A DNA stretch of 64,000 bases, taken from NCBI GenBank assembly GCA_010093605.1, contig MU004190.1, positions 1,178,001 to 1,242,000 of the forward strand. The letters run 5' to 3'. Shown piece after piece: positions 26,534-39,500 of this stretch. The translations under genes and the position numbers were made by a program. Source of the stretch: Lophium mytilinum (taxonomy: Eukaryota). How positions within the stretch are numbered: the first letter of the stretch is position 1; the number at the start of each line of letters is the position of its first letter. The notes beneath the pieces are model-generated. The model ran no database searches and had not been told where the DNA came from. It saw only the letters and a program-made list of their open reading frames with translations.

Positions 26534-27838
26534 CTAAAGCTCCCCCTGCACAACCAACCCCTCCCCAACCGGCCCCAAATCCAAATCCAACCACTCAAAC
26601 ATCGCCGGCCCCTCACTCACCTCCCCACCCCTCACGCCCCCCTTCGCCGTGCCAAACCACTTCCCCAACCCCATCCCCATCGGCACTCTTGGGCTACTCG
26701 TCTTACTCGTCACATTCAACTCAAACACACCATGCTCGCCCGCATCAATCGTGATGACAGCGCCTAGCGGGTTCGGATAGTAGCCCTTGGGCGGGTACTC
26801 TGCGCCGTTGCCCCAGGGGCGGATGCGCACAGCAGAGGGGGAGAGCGTCTCGACGAGGGTAGTACCGTTGTAGTCGAGCCACGTTTGGCCGAAAGTGGTG
26901 GGGGAGTTGGTGTTGGGGGAGGGGGTTTGGAGCAAGGCTTCGATGGCGGTGAAGGTGTAGAGGCCGAAGCGGCCGTGGATGGCGTACCAGTTGTGGAAGT
27001 CGGCGAGGCCGATGCCCCAGTTCTGTATAGAGGATGTTAGTTGAGATAGAGAAGGAATGGGGGAGAGGGAGAGAATGGAGAGTGAGCTTACGTGGTCGTG
27101 GTATCCGCTGCCCTCGTCGAAGGAGATAGTCTTCTCGCCGACCTGGACGTAGGCGGTGGCATCGCCGCTTGGGACCGCGAGAGCCCAGCCTAGGGCGCCG
27201 ATATTACGCATATCTTCGTCGAGGTCGGTGGCTGGGCGTTTGGCACTACGAGATGGTACTGTCTTGGGTTGGCAATTAGCACTATTCTCGATATCTCAGT
27301 GACACAAACATACCCTCGTAATCTGAACCTCCCCCTTAATCCCCTCGTCCCGAATATCAAAGCTCATAGAATAATCGCTCATATCCGGTGTCCCACTCCA
27401 ACTGGACCCGGCACCGGTATACAAACCCGAACTCCCATCCCCGGTAGTCTTGATAATCACCTCATCCGCTGGAATGAATGTATCATACGATGTCCCATCC
27501 TTGAATCTAGAGTGGAAGATGAACCAATTGGAGCTTGTGAAGTTGAGGCCGATCGCGGCAGGGTTGGATGTCATCCACCACACGGCAATGGCTTGGTCGC
27601 CTTCCATGGAAGAGGCATCGAAGTACCACCATTCGATGGCGGTGGAGTTGATGAGGTCGGTATGAGGGCCATCGAAAGGGCCGTCACGATGGGTATCTAT
27701 AAAGCTCGTTTCGCCATCGACTGGGTGGGGTGGGATAACTCTTGTCGTAGGCTTAAAGTAGAGGGGTGGAGAGGGGCCTATGAAGGCGCTGGCTGATGAG
27801 AGACCGAGGACGATATTGAGGAGCTGAGAGGTCCTCAT
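26534..27838 (-). CDS. Secreted CrtC (hydroxyneurosporene synthase)-like / lipocalin-fold Diels-Alderase-like protein
   Basis: Signal peptide, NSTAIEWWYFDASS, LGWALAVP, and GSGYHDH|NWG across an intron. Introns 27263-27313 and 27023-27091. Confidence 0.8.
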
Positions 27839-28275
27839 GACGGAAGATCAAGGAGTTCAATTTGATAATGCTGAGGAAACAAGGAGCTGATTGATGAGCA
27901 TTTGCAAACTCGGAGATATAACGGCAGCCTAAATATCGCATCTTATACTTTACCTCAATGATTCCAAGCTTCATTAATGCGGAGTGAAAACAAAGATGGT
28001 CTCCGGCATCCGAAGGTACTCGTACATGATATGGCTCAGGGTAGGTTCCAGGTCCACGGTCTATGCGGCGTCATGCGGGGCGAGATCGAATGTAGTAATA
28101 ATCCGAATCAGATTCGAAGCTGTCACCGTTCCACGAAACATGATGGGGTCCTTCATTGGAAGCGAAGGATCGACGCCTGGGATACGCAGGCGCAGTATGC
28201 GGGGTCCGGGGAAGTCTGGGGTTATCGGTTCCGAACGCACAAGGCTCTGGCCTAACGGCGAATCGTTCCACGGTA

Positions 28276-28460
28276 AAGCGACAGATCATAAGTCTTTGCA
28301 CACCAGTTTGCCACTGCCTGGGATATTCACACAGTATTTCGAACCTGTAGAAGCAATGGCAAGTTTCAAGCAGTGCAAGTTAGACTGCCTTTTGACTGGT
28401 GACCAAAATTCGAGCGAAGAAATGAGGGATTCGTATACCCAGGCTCAGGACATACTACTG
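28276..28460 (+). mobile_element. MITE copy with an internal deletion
   Basis: TA|AAGCGACAGATCATAAGTCTTTGCAC...AAGTTTCAAGCAGTGCAAGTTAGACT...CCCAGGCTCAGGACATACTACTG; lacks the CAGTGGTG segment. Confidence 0.75.
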
Positions 28461-28905
28461 CATAGCTAGCTTTCGGACCTAATGCCTCCAGAGGACTAAG
28501 ATTCGAGGTAGGAAGAGATGAGTGCTGAGCATCTTTGAGTGTTCTTAGCTCGCATGGTTTGGAGCGACCCTGCAAGCTTGCAAGGCAGACTTGGACGAAG
28601 TTGTTCGAGAAGAGGTAACCAGTGTAGAAAGGAAACGAGAACGCGATATGAATACGAGAAATGCGAGGAACGATAGGAAAGAAAATAGACGTGAATCCGA
28701 TGCTCGAACAAGGTCCAATACTGCTGAATTGACTAATATAGTATGAGAATTTGACATATATATCTCAGGGCGACCATATGAGATGAAGCAGAGTATGTGA
28801 TCATGCCATGTCTAGCCCATTACTCCGGGTATCAAAAAGGGATATAAATCATAAGAGCCTCCACATAGTCCTTAAACCATTTTACATCATTCCAGCCACC
28901 ATACT

Positions 28906-30119
28906 TCAAGCCGCAGTGTAAACCTTCCAGCTATTCCATTCCCAAAACGCCGTCTCAAACGCCGTTGCATTCGTCGTCACAAAATCCGTGCACGTCCCGG
29001 GACAACCGCCTTGGGTAGAATATACCTCCGTGCTTCCCGCCCAATCACCACAGAGATCAATATTCGCAATGATGCTCTGATTTCTAAAGTGGCTCGAGAT
29101 ACTGCAATCTGTGTTCGGGAAATCCGCCAGTGCCGTGCCCCACGAAGAAGGGTCCGGGGATGAGCCGATAGTGAGATCCGAGGGAATTTTCGAGCGCGAG
29201 AAAAACCACACGCGGATACCCGCCGAGCGCCACTCCATTGCGTACACGCCGCCGCCATTCGTGTTGAAGGCCTGTCCGAAGGTATCGTCGGCGCCTTGCA
29301 CGCCGCAGCCTGCGTTGCTATTGGTGCCGTTATAGCAGTCTTTATGGAGGACTTTTCCGGTTTCTTTGCGCTTGCGGTCCATTTCGCAGCCTTTAGTCGT
29401 ATGCAGGGTAACCTGGTTCCCGCTCGTAGCGCCATTGACCGCTTCAACCACATCAATTTCGCCATTAGTGGGCCAATTAGAGGCATCGGAGAGCCAGAGG
29501 GCGGGCCACGTGCTGCAGCCGTAGGGGGTGTTGACGATGTCGAAGACGAAGAGGCCGGACGAGTACTGCTTCTTTGAGGTAATGCGGACGGATTTGCGGC
29601 CGGTGCTGGCATCGGTGTCGGAAGTGTCGACGCGAAGGACGGCGCTAGAGGAGGAGGCATAGGTGAGGTTAAGCGATTCGGAGCCCGCGGAATCGACGTA
29701 ACTAACGACAGTCTGTTAGCTACAAGTGCACTGGCAACATGTGGCTGTTTTCTAATACGTACTGAACGAATCCACTTGAAGGATCATAGCCAGTAAAGTA
29801 GTCAAAGTTGTCGAAGAAACCAGTTCCCGAGTCTGTGTTGCTTTAGTAAAAACGAAACGCCAGACAAGAGGAGGTACAAACAGTCGTCTGATAATGAGTA
29901 GGTCAATTTGCTATAATTTGGGTACGCATTGGCACGAACACCAAGCACAGCTCCGACGATAACTGCGACAATGATAACAACAGCACCAACAGCGACGCCA
30001 ATCCATACTTTTCGACCCCAGTACTTCGGGTTGACTTTGGAGGGAGAACTCGCAGATTTGATGTCTTCATACGGCGGAGGGGCTTCGGTCAGATGTATAT
30101 TGGAGCTGTTTTCATGCAT
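28906..30119 (-). CDS. GH16 endo-1,3(4)-beta-glucanase with an N-terminal membrane anchor
   Basis: Hydrophobic helix VWIGVAVGAVVIIVAVIVGAVLGV; GCSTWPALW and catalytic WPTNGEIDVVE (ExDxxE); NIDLCGDWAG. Two introns near 29703-29762 and 29833-29881. Confidence 0.93.
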
Positions 30120-30928
30120 GTTGACGATAGCTATAAAAGCGAGAATAACCTGATACTCAACTTATTGGGGAAAAACGATGAGAATGTTCAACGATAGAGA
30201 TTTGCGGCGTGATAAAAGCCGAATGAAGAGCAAAGGGAGATGGGCAAGTCAAGGATTAAGAGTTGCGTGTTTTGATGTATATACAGGATATATGGAGGAA
30301 TGTCATCGTAATCGCCAGGGGAAGAGGCTTCCTAGCGGGCGCATTGCACATGCGCATACGCGGCTTATTCGATGGCCTCATGGCCAGCAAGGCAGAGTCG
30401 GAGGGGTAGCGACGTTCCGGAACAGATGCGACGCGTCAGTCGTGAGAGGGCTCGCGCAATAGTGGGTACGTCTGGCAGGGTGATGGGCGAGGTGACGAAT
30501 CACTAGTTTTGCGCTTATCACCGTGCAGATGGCGGGCAGTAGACCGGAAGCGGTTACATCCACCGGCTGCTTGCGAAGATATACCGCCCGAGTGAACAGC
30601 CAAGCCGAGACTGTGAACGTAGCAGCGTGTTACATTCGAGCATCGCCCAGTTCGAGGCGCGCAGATGAATACGAAGGAGTTCGTTTTTTGGAGTCACAAG
30701 CGAAAACCCCTCAGTGGCTTTGACAGCTGACAACACCTACAACAAGTCCAATTAACACAATCAAAATAGTGCGATTTCTTAATCGTGTAAAAATGTGCCG
30801 TTCTGGCAAGACCAGAAACAATTTCGAGTTGTGGTGGACTTGCGCGGAGGTGTCAAAGTTGTCGATGTTCGTTGCGTGGTGACTCAAAAAATACGAACTC
30901 CTTCGTACTACAGACGCATGCCACACGC

Positions 30929-31758
30929 CTATTTCAATAGCTTCCTGACGCTTGTCTCCATCCAGAGCTTACTATACTCCTTGTGCGCCCAGATGAAATT
31001 ATCCGGCAATGGTTGTGCGTCCTTGCCGGCGGCTGAAGTATTTACGAATATGCTCTTGAGATGGAAAGTCGCAGTTTCGTTCGCCTCATCCTTTGTGACC
31101 TCGATCGTGAACAAGCCGTCGCTAGGCCTAGGTTCCCTTATGAGCGGTGAATCTCCACATCGCACTGTGACCTATACACATGACTCTATTAGTTTGATTG
31201 TTCCCCGGAAGCCCAAAGGCACAGTCGAAGCAGGATGTTGAATTGAGAAAGTACCTTGTTCGGCGTCCTGTCCACCACCTCAAAGTGATCCACTAGAATC
31301 GTCCCCACAGGATACTCTGAAATCTTGAGCTCATCCTTCTCCCACAGATGCTTTTCCCGTCCGCTCAAGGCTTTGTACTTCCTCGCGAGATATATCCGTT
31401 GTAGTGCGAACCCAGGCCCCGCCCAAATATTTCGGCAAAAGTCGGTTGTGAGATCTTTCTCGTCGGTCGTGCGCAATTGGGAGAGCGGCACAGTTCGTAC
31501 AGCGTGATCGATGCAGACAGGCGGGTTCGAGAAGGGATTGAGCTTTTTCGCGATCGGGGAGGTGAAGTCGGCTGAGGAGGACGTGAAGGGGACGAATTTT
31601 CTGTATCCAATCAATTTCGAATACCCAGATGGGGACTGAAGACTTAATTATACATACGTATCTTTGGTATAGTACTTCCAGCCGAGGGCGATGAGAGCGG
31701 CTTCTGCAGCGGTGCCGCCTATGAAGCCGGCCGTGAACTTGACGATTCGAGGAACCAT
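30929..31758 (-). CDS. Conserved fungal hypothetical protein with an N-terminal hydrophobic helix
   Basis: MVPRIVKFTAGFIGG...; two GT-AG introns join ORFs 31189-31614 and 30929-31165 in frame (DHFEVVDRTPNK|VTVRCGDSP). Confidence 0.8.
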
Positions 31759-33089
31759 GATGGGTGGTTGTTTGTGGAGGGGTCTGGCGGTTGTTGATCA
31801 ACAGCTGAAGCGCTTCGAAGACCCTGCAGTGGAGAGCTCTCTCCGCTTGCCCTTATCTCCGGCTTTCTCTCCGATCAGTACCCGCGTGACACACCATCCA
31901 TTCTCCATTCGTCTTCCGGCCTCCTGTAAGAACAGGAGAGACTTCGAAAATAACGTGATGAGAAACTTTGGAACTAGATTACTCGACATATTTTCGTGCA
32001 AACTTGAGAGTCACGTGTTGCGAAATTTAGCTAGGATTCGATGCTCTCCGAGATCTGAGGTCAACATCTCCATCAAATATCTTCGATATATCAATATCAT
32101 CATCAAGCACCTCAACTCTCAAACACCTTGTTGTTTCTTCATCTGTACGGTACTCCTAGACACTGTCTCTACCCGCAGCCTCGGTGAAGGTCTGCGAACG
32201 CGGCGCCCTTATCTGCAGGCTTGGGTATATTACATCCCACGCCCTCAAATTGTGTGCGCAAATGATACATCTTCAGAGCTCGGACTTCAATGCCTTTGGG
32301 GCGGTGTTGATGCATTATCAGGTCGTTCAAAGGCAGCGCTGTCGCCGTTTCGATTCACACGCACCGATATCAGACAACCTATACGTCACATATCAGAACA
32401 GGCCTGATCTGAAGTTCTGCGGATGTCACGTCTGTCGCACTTGGGCTATGTTGCCTTCAGGATGGCTTCACGGATCATGAGCCCGCGAAGAAGAATTTCA
32501 AGGTCAAGTCAATTCAAGCGAACTTGACTTCAGATAGAAGGCACGTTTCATTTTTACGCAGTCTTGGCTTGATGGCTGGCGAACGTACGTCTTCATTGCA
32601 CTAATGGAGACTCGAATGATACACCTCTACAACACAAAACCTTCATATCTATGAATAAGGCCGCACGCGTTTCGAACAATGCCTACGACATTCAAACTTC
32701 AACCTTGTAACTAGCAGAATAGAAAGGGTAAATACTTCCTAACCACTAAAGTCTTTGGTTCTTGATTTTCCGAGTCGCGAACGTTCGAGGGTGCTGTGCC
32801 GCACGCAGGAGCAAGCGTCAAATGTTACAAGTATCAACGCCCCAGCTTTACACCCCTGGCCGCTATTCCTACTTTGGTAATTCAACACTTGTAAACTTTT
32901 GAAGAAGTGGTGAGCGCGTAAGTCAGATTTCCGACTACAGCTGAGAGTTCCTTTTAGCCGCTCCCTCCAACTGCCCGTGGGCAAGACAGGCTTTATACAT
33001 ACTTCAAGAGCGCGCATCCAAGAAACATAACGGCAAAACCAGCATTCTCGGAGCAAATACATTCCATTTCCAGGCCTTCGTAACCAAAC

Positions 33090-35152
33090 ATGTCTGCTTT
33101 GATCTCCCGCAAGCCCTCGGCCACGCCGTTCAACTACAACTATTGCGAGTCCTCATCCAAGCCGTCTCGTCAACTTCACTGTAGCAAGATCGAATTCAGT
33201 TCGTCATTTAATTGCTGTCCTCCATATCCGTTCACTTTGGCTCAGAGAACGCCTTCACGCCGTGCCCGGCCTCAGCCACGAGCGGCAAAGATTCGCCATC
33301 TCCTTCCAGTAGCTCGAGTGGCGGTCTCTTCTCTAGCCTTGAACGCAATTCCGTGGTTTCAACCCTGGCCGTCTACACCGGCGGAACTAGCCCTGAATGT
33401 TCGTCTCCAACCCTAGGACGACCTCGATGGGAGCCGGAAGCCACACTGAAAATCATCCATCCCGACGAGAAGCGTGTTACTTGCATGGCAACCTCTACGG
33501 ACGGTGATTCTTGCCGGTGTGAACAAAAGATAGGTGGAGTTGATCTCCAAGCCGTAAACAACTGTTTGTCGGAGATGGGAAAGCTCAGTCCGCTAGTTGC
33601 GTTGACCTCGTTTTGGCTCGGAATTCTTCCAAACTACATGCTTTGTACCAAGCATTACTCCGATGAAGATGAAGTCAAGGAGTGTCTTCTCGATGAGTGG
33701 AAGAACGATATTCAACGACTGATTGACAGACAAGAGGTTCCAAATGAGGAAGGGTCTACGAAAGAGCAACCCTCAACGGAAGATGATTGGTGGACGGAGG
33801 AGGAAGATGAAGGCGAAGCAGTCGCGAAAGAAGAGAAAGGAGCCAAAGACCTACCGCGACTTCACAAACAAGCAGGCACGGGAACAGATGAGCTGTCTCA
33901 ACTATCAGTCAAATTGATTGAGACGCAACTTCTGCTTGAGGGTCTGAAAATGAAGGAGCTGCGACGCACAGAGAAAGAATGGGAGGCTAGTGAGAAAAAT
34001 GGGGAACTGAGAAGACAAGCTGGGAGGCCAAGGAGACGGAATGGAACATTAAGGAGACTGAATGGGAAGGTCAAAAGCTCATCTGGGTGACAAAGGAGGC
34101 GGAGTGGGCACGGGAAATCGTTGCCTGGGAAACTAAGGAGCTGGAATGGTGGGTAACCAAGGAAGTTGATTATTTGACTCACCGGGAAGGCTGTTCACAG
34201 CTTGCGGAAAAGCAGGTGGCCGTGGAAAAGACTCGTTTGCAAACATCGTTTCGGGAGGAGCAAGCCAAGATCGATGAGGGACGCCGAGAGCAAGAGGAAA
34301 CCCGGAAAAGAGAGGAAGAGGAACGACTCGTCGAAGAAACCAAAGAACGAAACGAAATATTTCGTCAAGAAGCGGAGAATGCGAAGGAAGCGATCGACCG
34401 ACTAGAGAAGAGGAACGAGGAGCTACTCAAGAATAACGAAGAGCTGCATAAAGGCAACGAAGAGCTAGTAAAAGGAAAAGAAAAGTTGTGTAAGGAAAAT
34501 AAACGGTTAGTTGTGGAGGAGAGAAGGACGTCGGAAAAAGCACTCCAATTCGCCAAGAGTAACGAGCAGTTGACGATGCACAAAGAACCGATAGGGAGGC
34601 AGTTTGCAAGTTCTCAGGAACGATTGAAGCGGTTGGTCAAAGGAAAGGAGATTTGGGGGCAAAAAATAAAAAGTTTGGTTAGGGAGAAAGAATGACTGAT
34701 TAAGGAGAAGGCAGAGGTAGAAAAGAGGTTGACGAGTGAGGTCTGGTCTCGCTATGTGAAACTATGGAAAGACATCAAGGAGAACCAAATCAGAACCGCT
34801 ATGGTACGTTACTCTACCCATTTCCCACGATACGATTCAATCTCATTTATCATAGAAAGAGCCTTATCGAACTATCGAACTGCGTCGGACGATACCATGG
34901 CCAGTTTTCTTAGGCGATGTCGAGGACGTAAACGAAAAGAACGTTGAGCATTTCTTCCGCAAGGCGACTCCTGACTCGGATAAAGTTAGTCAGATGTACA
35001 ACCTAATGGCGCAGGAATTTAGGATTTCGCACCTTGATAAGACACCACCCTGGTACATCGCCATTACAGATGAAAGTATTGCAGACGGTTTCGGTACCGT
35101 TGCTTGCACAGCAATCAGGTTGAGATCTGAGGCACATAAGAAAAGAGGGTGA
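33090..35152 (+). pseudogene. Disrupted tandem paralog of the 36028-37465 gene (Cys/His domain, coiled coil, IPWPV C-terminal domain)
   Basis: Frameshift at the A5 run 33995-33999, premature TGA 34693-34695, possible further frameshift near 33210 (start uncertain). Intron at the equivalent position; last exon IPWPVFLGDVEDVNEKNVEHFFRKATP matches the neighbour. Confidence 0.8.
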
Positions 35153-36027
35153 TAAGAGACACCGAGAGAGAATGCCGGTGGTTCTGATGTCATTTTTGCT
35201 TGATATTATCGCCTTTCACTTTTCGCTTCGGACCTCCATTCCTCACATCCTCAGCGGTGTTCAACGCTTCATCTTCTGTCGTCTTGCTTTCTCACTTAGC
35301 ATTCATGTGATAGTCATATCTTGAACAGTTCTTGATTTAAGTTTCATGCGTCATCAAGCTTTCAATGAAGGCTTTCTCTTTCGTAATATCATTGAAGTCT
35401 TACTCTATGCCTCAAACGTCTCTGCATTTGATTCGCATTCCCACATGCCTCATACCGGCAGTGCAGGAACCCGCGCCGAGCCGCCTCAGCCTTCAGGGCT
35501 CAACAAAAGTCGGCACACCCGCCTACCTCCCATGCCACCTTCCAAACAACTGTGGCTTAGACCCCCCCAGCCGCTAATACGAAACCAGAACCTCATACGT
35601 ATTCCCGAACCAGCGGGTCCAGAGTTTGTGGGGGTGGAGGGGTTGAAGTGATGTGCCGCACGCGATAAGCGCCGGCCGTTGGGCAAGCCTCATGCGTTTC
35701 GGGCTGCGGCAACTCCGGCTCCCCTTCTCCTCATGCAAGTCTTGCGCTAGGTACTATGAAGCCCTTGTAGGAGCCTGTCGTGTGGCTGCAGAGAAGATGC
35801 TGTGAGGTGGCTGTGAGACTGGCGGCTGTAGGTTCATGCAGTCTCTCACGCGGGCGTAGGTAGGGTTTATATGAGGGGTCTTCCGCTGGTCAGGTACGGG
35901 CTCAAGTAGTGCTTTGACTGTCATTCATTTACAACAGTTCGTTTCCTAGTCGTATCTATACTCAGTCTTAGATTCAGGTGTTTCCTCGTTCTTCAGAATA
36001 GTCGCACCCTCTTATCCTTGCACCAAA

Positions 36028-37465
36028 ATGGGGTACCACTCTACCCCTCACCCAACCTACTCCGCCCCAAATTGGGATCCCGAAATCACCTTAAACATCA
36101 AGAATTACTCTTACGGCGGCTCCGTGACCTGTGTCGGTTACGCACCCAGCAAACGCCGCCGCTGCCAAAACCCCATCAACGCCGCCAACCGCGCCTTCGC
36201 AAACAACATCATCGAAGACCTCAGATGCCTAAACCCGCACAGCCCTTCGATATACCCCCAGCTGTGTAGGCTCGCAGGATATACGCTATGCCTCCGTAAC
36301 CACCAAAGCCAGGTCGATGAGGTGGTCGAGGGATGGATGCGCGATATCGCTAAACTACCAAAATATGGCACATCTAGTATCCATGCTAGAAGAGAGCCTG
36401 AGGACCTCAATATGGATGAGAAGTGGGACGAGATACTGGACTTGAGAGAACTCCTTTATGATTGTGAGACCAGGGCGCTGCATCGGCGCTTGGTACAGGT
36501 GGCACGATCGCTGGAGAGAGCAGCGGTGAAAGGGGTAGAAACTATGGCACTGAAAGCTGAAATGGTTCATCTGTTGCTCCAGTTGAAGAGGTTAGGGGTG
36601 GAGGCACAGGACCTCAAGCAGGAAGGTGATGGATATAACTGGGAGCAGGAGCATGCGGACGAGAGGTGGAGGGAGAAAAAACGCAGGGAAGAGAAGGTGC
36701 TGCGTGAGAAGGCGCGGCAGCAAGCGGAGCAGTCGAGGCAGCAGAAGCTTGAGAGGGAGCGACGTGAAACGGAACGCAGAGAAGAGGTAGAAAGGCTTAG
36801 GAAGGCGGAGGAAAAGCGCACAGAGGAGGCACGCCAACAGAGAGAGCGACTGAGGAAAGAGAAATTTGAGAGGGAGCGACAAGAAAGAGAACGCCAAAGA
36901 CGCGAACAAGAAGAAAAGTTGCGCAAAGAGGCAGAGGAAAAGCGAAAGAGAGAGACCGAGGAGCGGAATGAGCGCGTCCGCAAGCGAGCTGAGAGTATGA
37001 GGTTGGAGAAAGAGCGCTTGGCCAAGGCGAAGGCTGATGCGGAGAAGAAGGCGTTGGAGGAAGCGTGGTTGCGATACGCTGTGGAATGGGATACCCTCAA
37101 GAAGAACCCTACTAAAGGCTCACCAGTATGTTTACATATCGTCTCTAAGTATGCACGGCATAGGCTAATCTTCTGTATAGATAGAGCTTCGTCAAATGAT
37201 ACCGTGGCCAGTGGTTTCAGGCAAAGTCGAGGACGTTAACGAGAAGAACGTTGAGGCCTTCTACCGAAAGGCCACCCCTTATCAAGATGATACCGGCAAA
37301 ATGTTCCAACTCTTGAAAATGGAATGTCTGAATTGGCACACCGACAGGATACCATCTCGGTTCGGCGACGGTGCCATCGATGCCACGATTGCGGACCTCT
37401 TCAATACGGTTATGCGCGTAGTGATCAAATTGAGATCGGAAGTGCAAGAGAAACGAGCCGCATGA
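36028..37465 (+). CDS. Hypothetical protein: Cys/His (putative zinc-binding) domain, E/R/K-rich coiled coil, C-terminal IPWPV...WHTDR domain
   Basis: TCVGYAPSKRRRCQNPI...LCLRNHQ; intron 37126-37180 (GTATGT...CTAAT...TAG) joins to IELRQMIPWPV. Confidence 0.85.
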
Positions 37466-38255
37466 GATTTCTTATCCCTTCAACCTTTGGCCCAGTGTGG
37501 CGCAACGCTCGGACTTCGTTGAACACACTGTGTAAAGGGACAGTCTGGCACCGTTTGAGGTGGCCCGCAAGGCTGTTAGTCGTGTCAAAACTATCCTACT
37601 CCGCTCTCTTATAATGTATTACAGGACCCCAGGCGGTGGTAGACTAGTGTATGAAAGGCTAGAGGGCATGTGTTTTGCTCAAGTATTTCGCGGCAGCTCT
37701 CATTACTGGAAGCTTCCTATTGGTTGTATTTTTATCGATATCGTACGGCCAAATACGACGGGCCTAGGGATACTTCGTTTCCGATTTTCGTTTCATTCAT
37801 CTCTCAAAAACTTTATACCATTGATAATATTCGCTAGTATCAGAAATCAGAGCAACGTTCTCCAGTATCTCGAATGAGCTTACGTTCCACGCGTTAACAT
37901 GACTTAGTAAACGATCATTTCTGTGCTTTCTTACGCTCTCAACAATAGTGACTGGATGTAAACCTTCTAGACCCCTACATAATGTTCAACTATCATTCAT
38001 CTGCATATTCTGATATGGCGATGCATGGTGACCTCTGAAATTTTGCTCACATCAGGTAGACTCCCATACCCTCCAATCATCATGAAGTCTGCTTATGGAT
38101 CTCTATGCTGATTGCTGCTCTCCTTTCAGAAGATTTCTCGCTATTTCCTGAGTACCTCCATCTCCGTGCTGAAGACCTCTGAGATCAACATTTTCACCAC
38201 CTATCAAATTTCTCTGCATTGTAATGTTTCCCTCAGCTGCCTGCAGCTCCTTGAC

Positions 38256-38912
38256 TCAAAAGACTTCGCTTGGAGCAATTTCCGGAGTCAGATTCCGCAG
38301 GGGTATGGCAGCTCGCGCCTCAGAAAGTCCCGTCCGTGTATTCTCCGACCTTGAATTATGAAAGTTATTTCCCATATTGATATCAGCGATCACCGTGAGA
38401 GCTGCCGGGCTTGGTGAGCGTGTCGGTCGGGCGACTGGTTTTGACTCCCGCCCTTGACCGCGAGCGTTCTGTCCGTGTGGACGGAATTCATTGGGCACTG
38501 GAATGCGTCCTTTTGATGGTTTCGGAGGTCTTTGAGCTGGCCTGGCATTCCCAAGCTCTCCGGGTCGAGGTTGCCACGAAGGAACACCTCCTGTAGGACC
38601 TGCGTCTTTAGACTTATTAGGGTTTCGCGATCCACTAGGCCGCGCTTGCCCTGCTGGGTGACTATGGCGTCTCTTTCCGCCTCTTTCTCTTTGTGAGTGG
38701 CTATGGTGGCCGGAGCCCGATGCTCTGCGACTCTTGTGTCTCTGAGAGCTCGGTGGGGCCGAGGAAGAAGACCTATCGCAATAGCACATATCAGAGATAT
38801 TGACACATGGAATATATATGGAGCAGTTCTGGGTATGCGGGTAAGCGATGGAACTAGAACCCGACGATATGAATGATGGGTAGAGCGTGCTCGCTGATGA
38901 AAGCTGAAACAT
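38256..38912 (-). CDS. Low-complexity basic hypothetical ORF, possibly truncated
   Basis: 218-aa S/R/P-rich ORF; the frame stays open for about 50 codons past the TGA; no family recognised. Confidence 0.3.
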   Translation of the reverse strand: MFQLSSASTLYPSFISSGSSSIAYPHTQNCSIYIPCVNISDMCYCDRSSSSAPPSSQRHKSRRASGSGHHSHSQRERGGKRRHSHPAGQARPSGSRNPNKSKDAGPTGGVPSWQPRPGELGNARPAQRPPKPSKGRIPVPNEFRPHGQNARGQGRESKPVARPTRSPSPAALTVIADINMGNNFHNSRSENTRTGLSEARAAIPLRNLTPEIAPSEVF

Positions 38913-39500
38913 CTACAAGAACACTGTATTCACATTCTTTAACAAAGGGAGTGCGTCCTGCTGCTACTTCCTCTGAAAAGGGTCACTAAGTGCTAGGGAG
39001 TGTGAGATTGACGTGACTGCTGTCCTCGCAAGGTGAAGTCGTCCCCCCCTCCACGCATTACCAGCACATCAATAGCAGAAGGCTTGTGTTGATATCCGCG
39101 AGTTACTACCGATAACTCCGGCGTCCGGTGCGAAGTCTACCTTTGAGATTGAAGTGAGGCGCCCACGTGATCGGATTTCATCGGCGTAGGGGAGGGTCGC
39201 TACACCGTAACTTCAGACAGGAACGGAACGTAAGTCTATACTCACCCAGTGAGGGCAAGTCACCTTTTTCCTATTATCAAAGTTCCCTATTGTCATCCAG
39301 GGTCACGCTTTCGGCGCTATTGACTCATGGTATTGTCCTCTTCCACAATAACCCGCCCCTTTTGTCATTATAAGTTTGCGAAACGGGCACGCGAGCAAGC
39401 ACGAGCAGCCTCCACACACTGACAATACCTATACCTCGACAGACTATACACCGGCTATTGCAACCCGTAGTCTCATCAGCTCAACAACTCATCATCCGTC

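Noticed and set aside
33992..34003. Programmed -1 frameshift at GAAAAAT
   Set aside because: Not a canonical X XXY YYZ heptamer, and a separate premature stop lies downstream; decay or a sequencing error is simpler.
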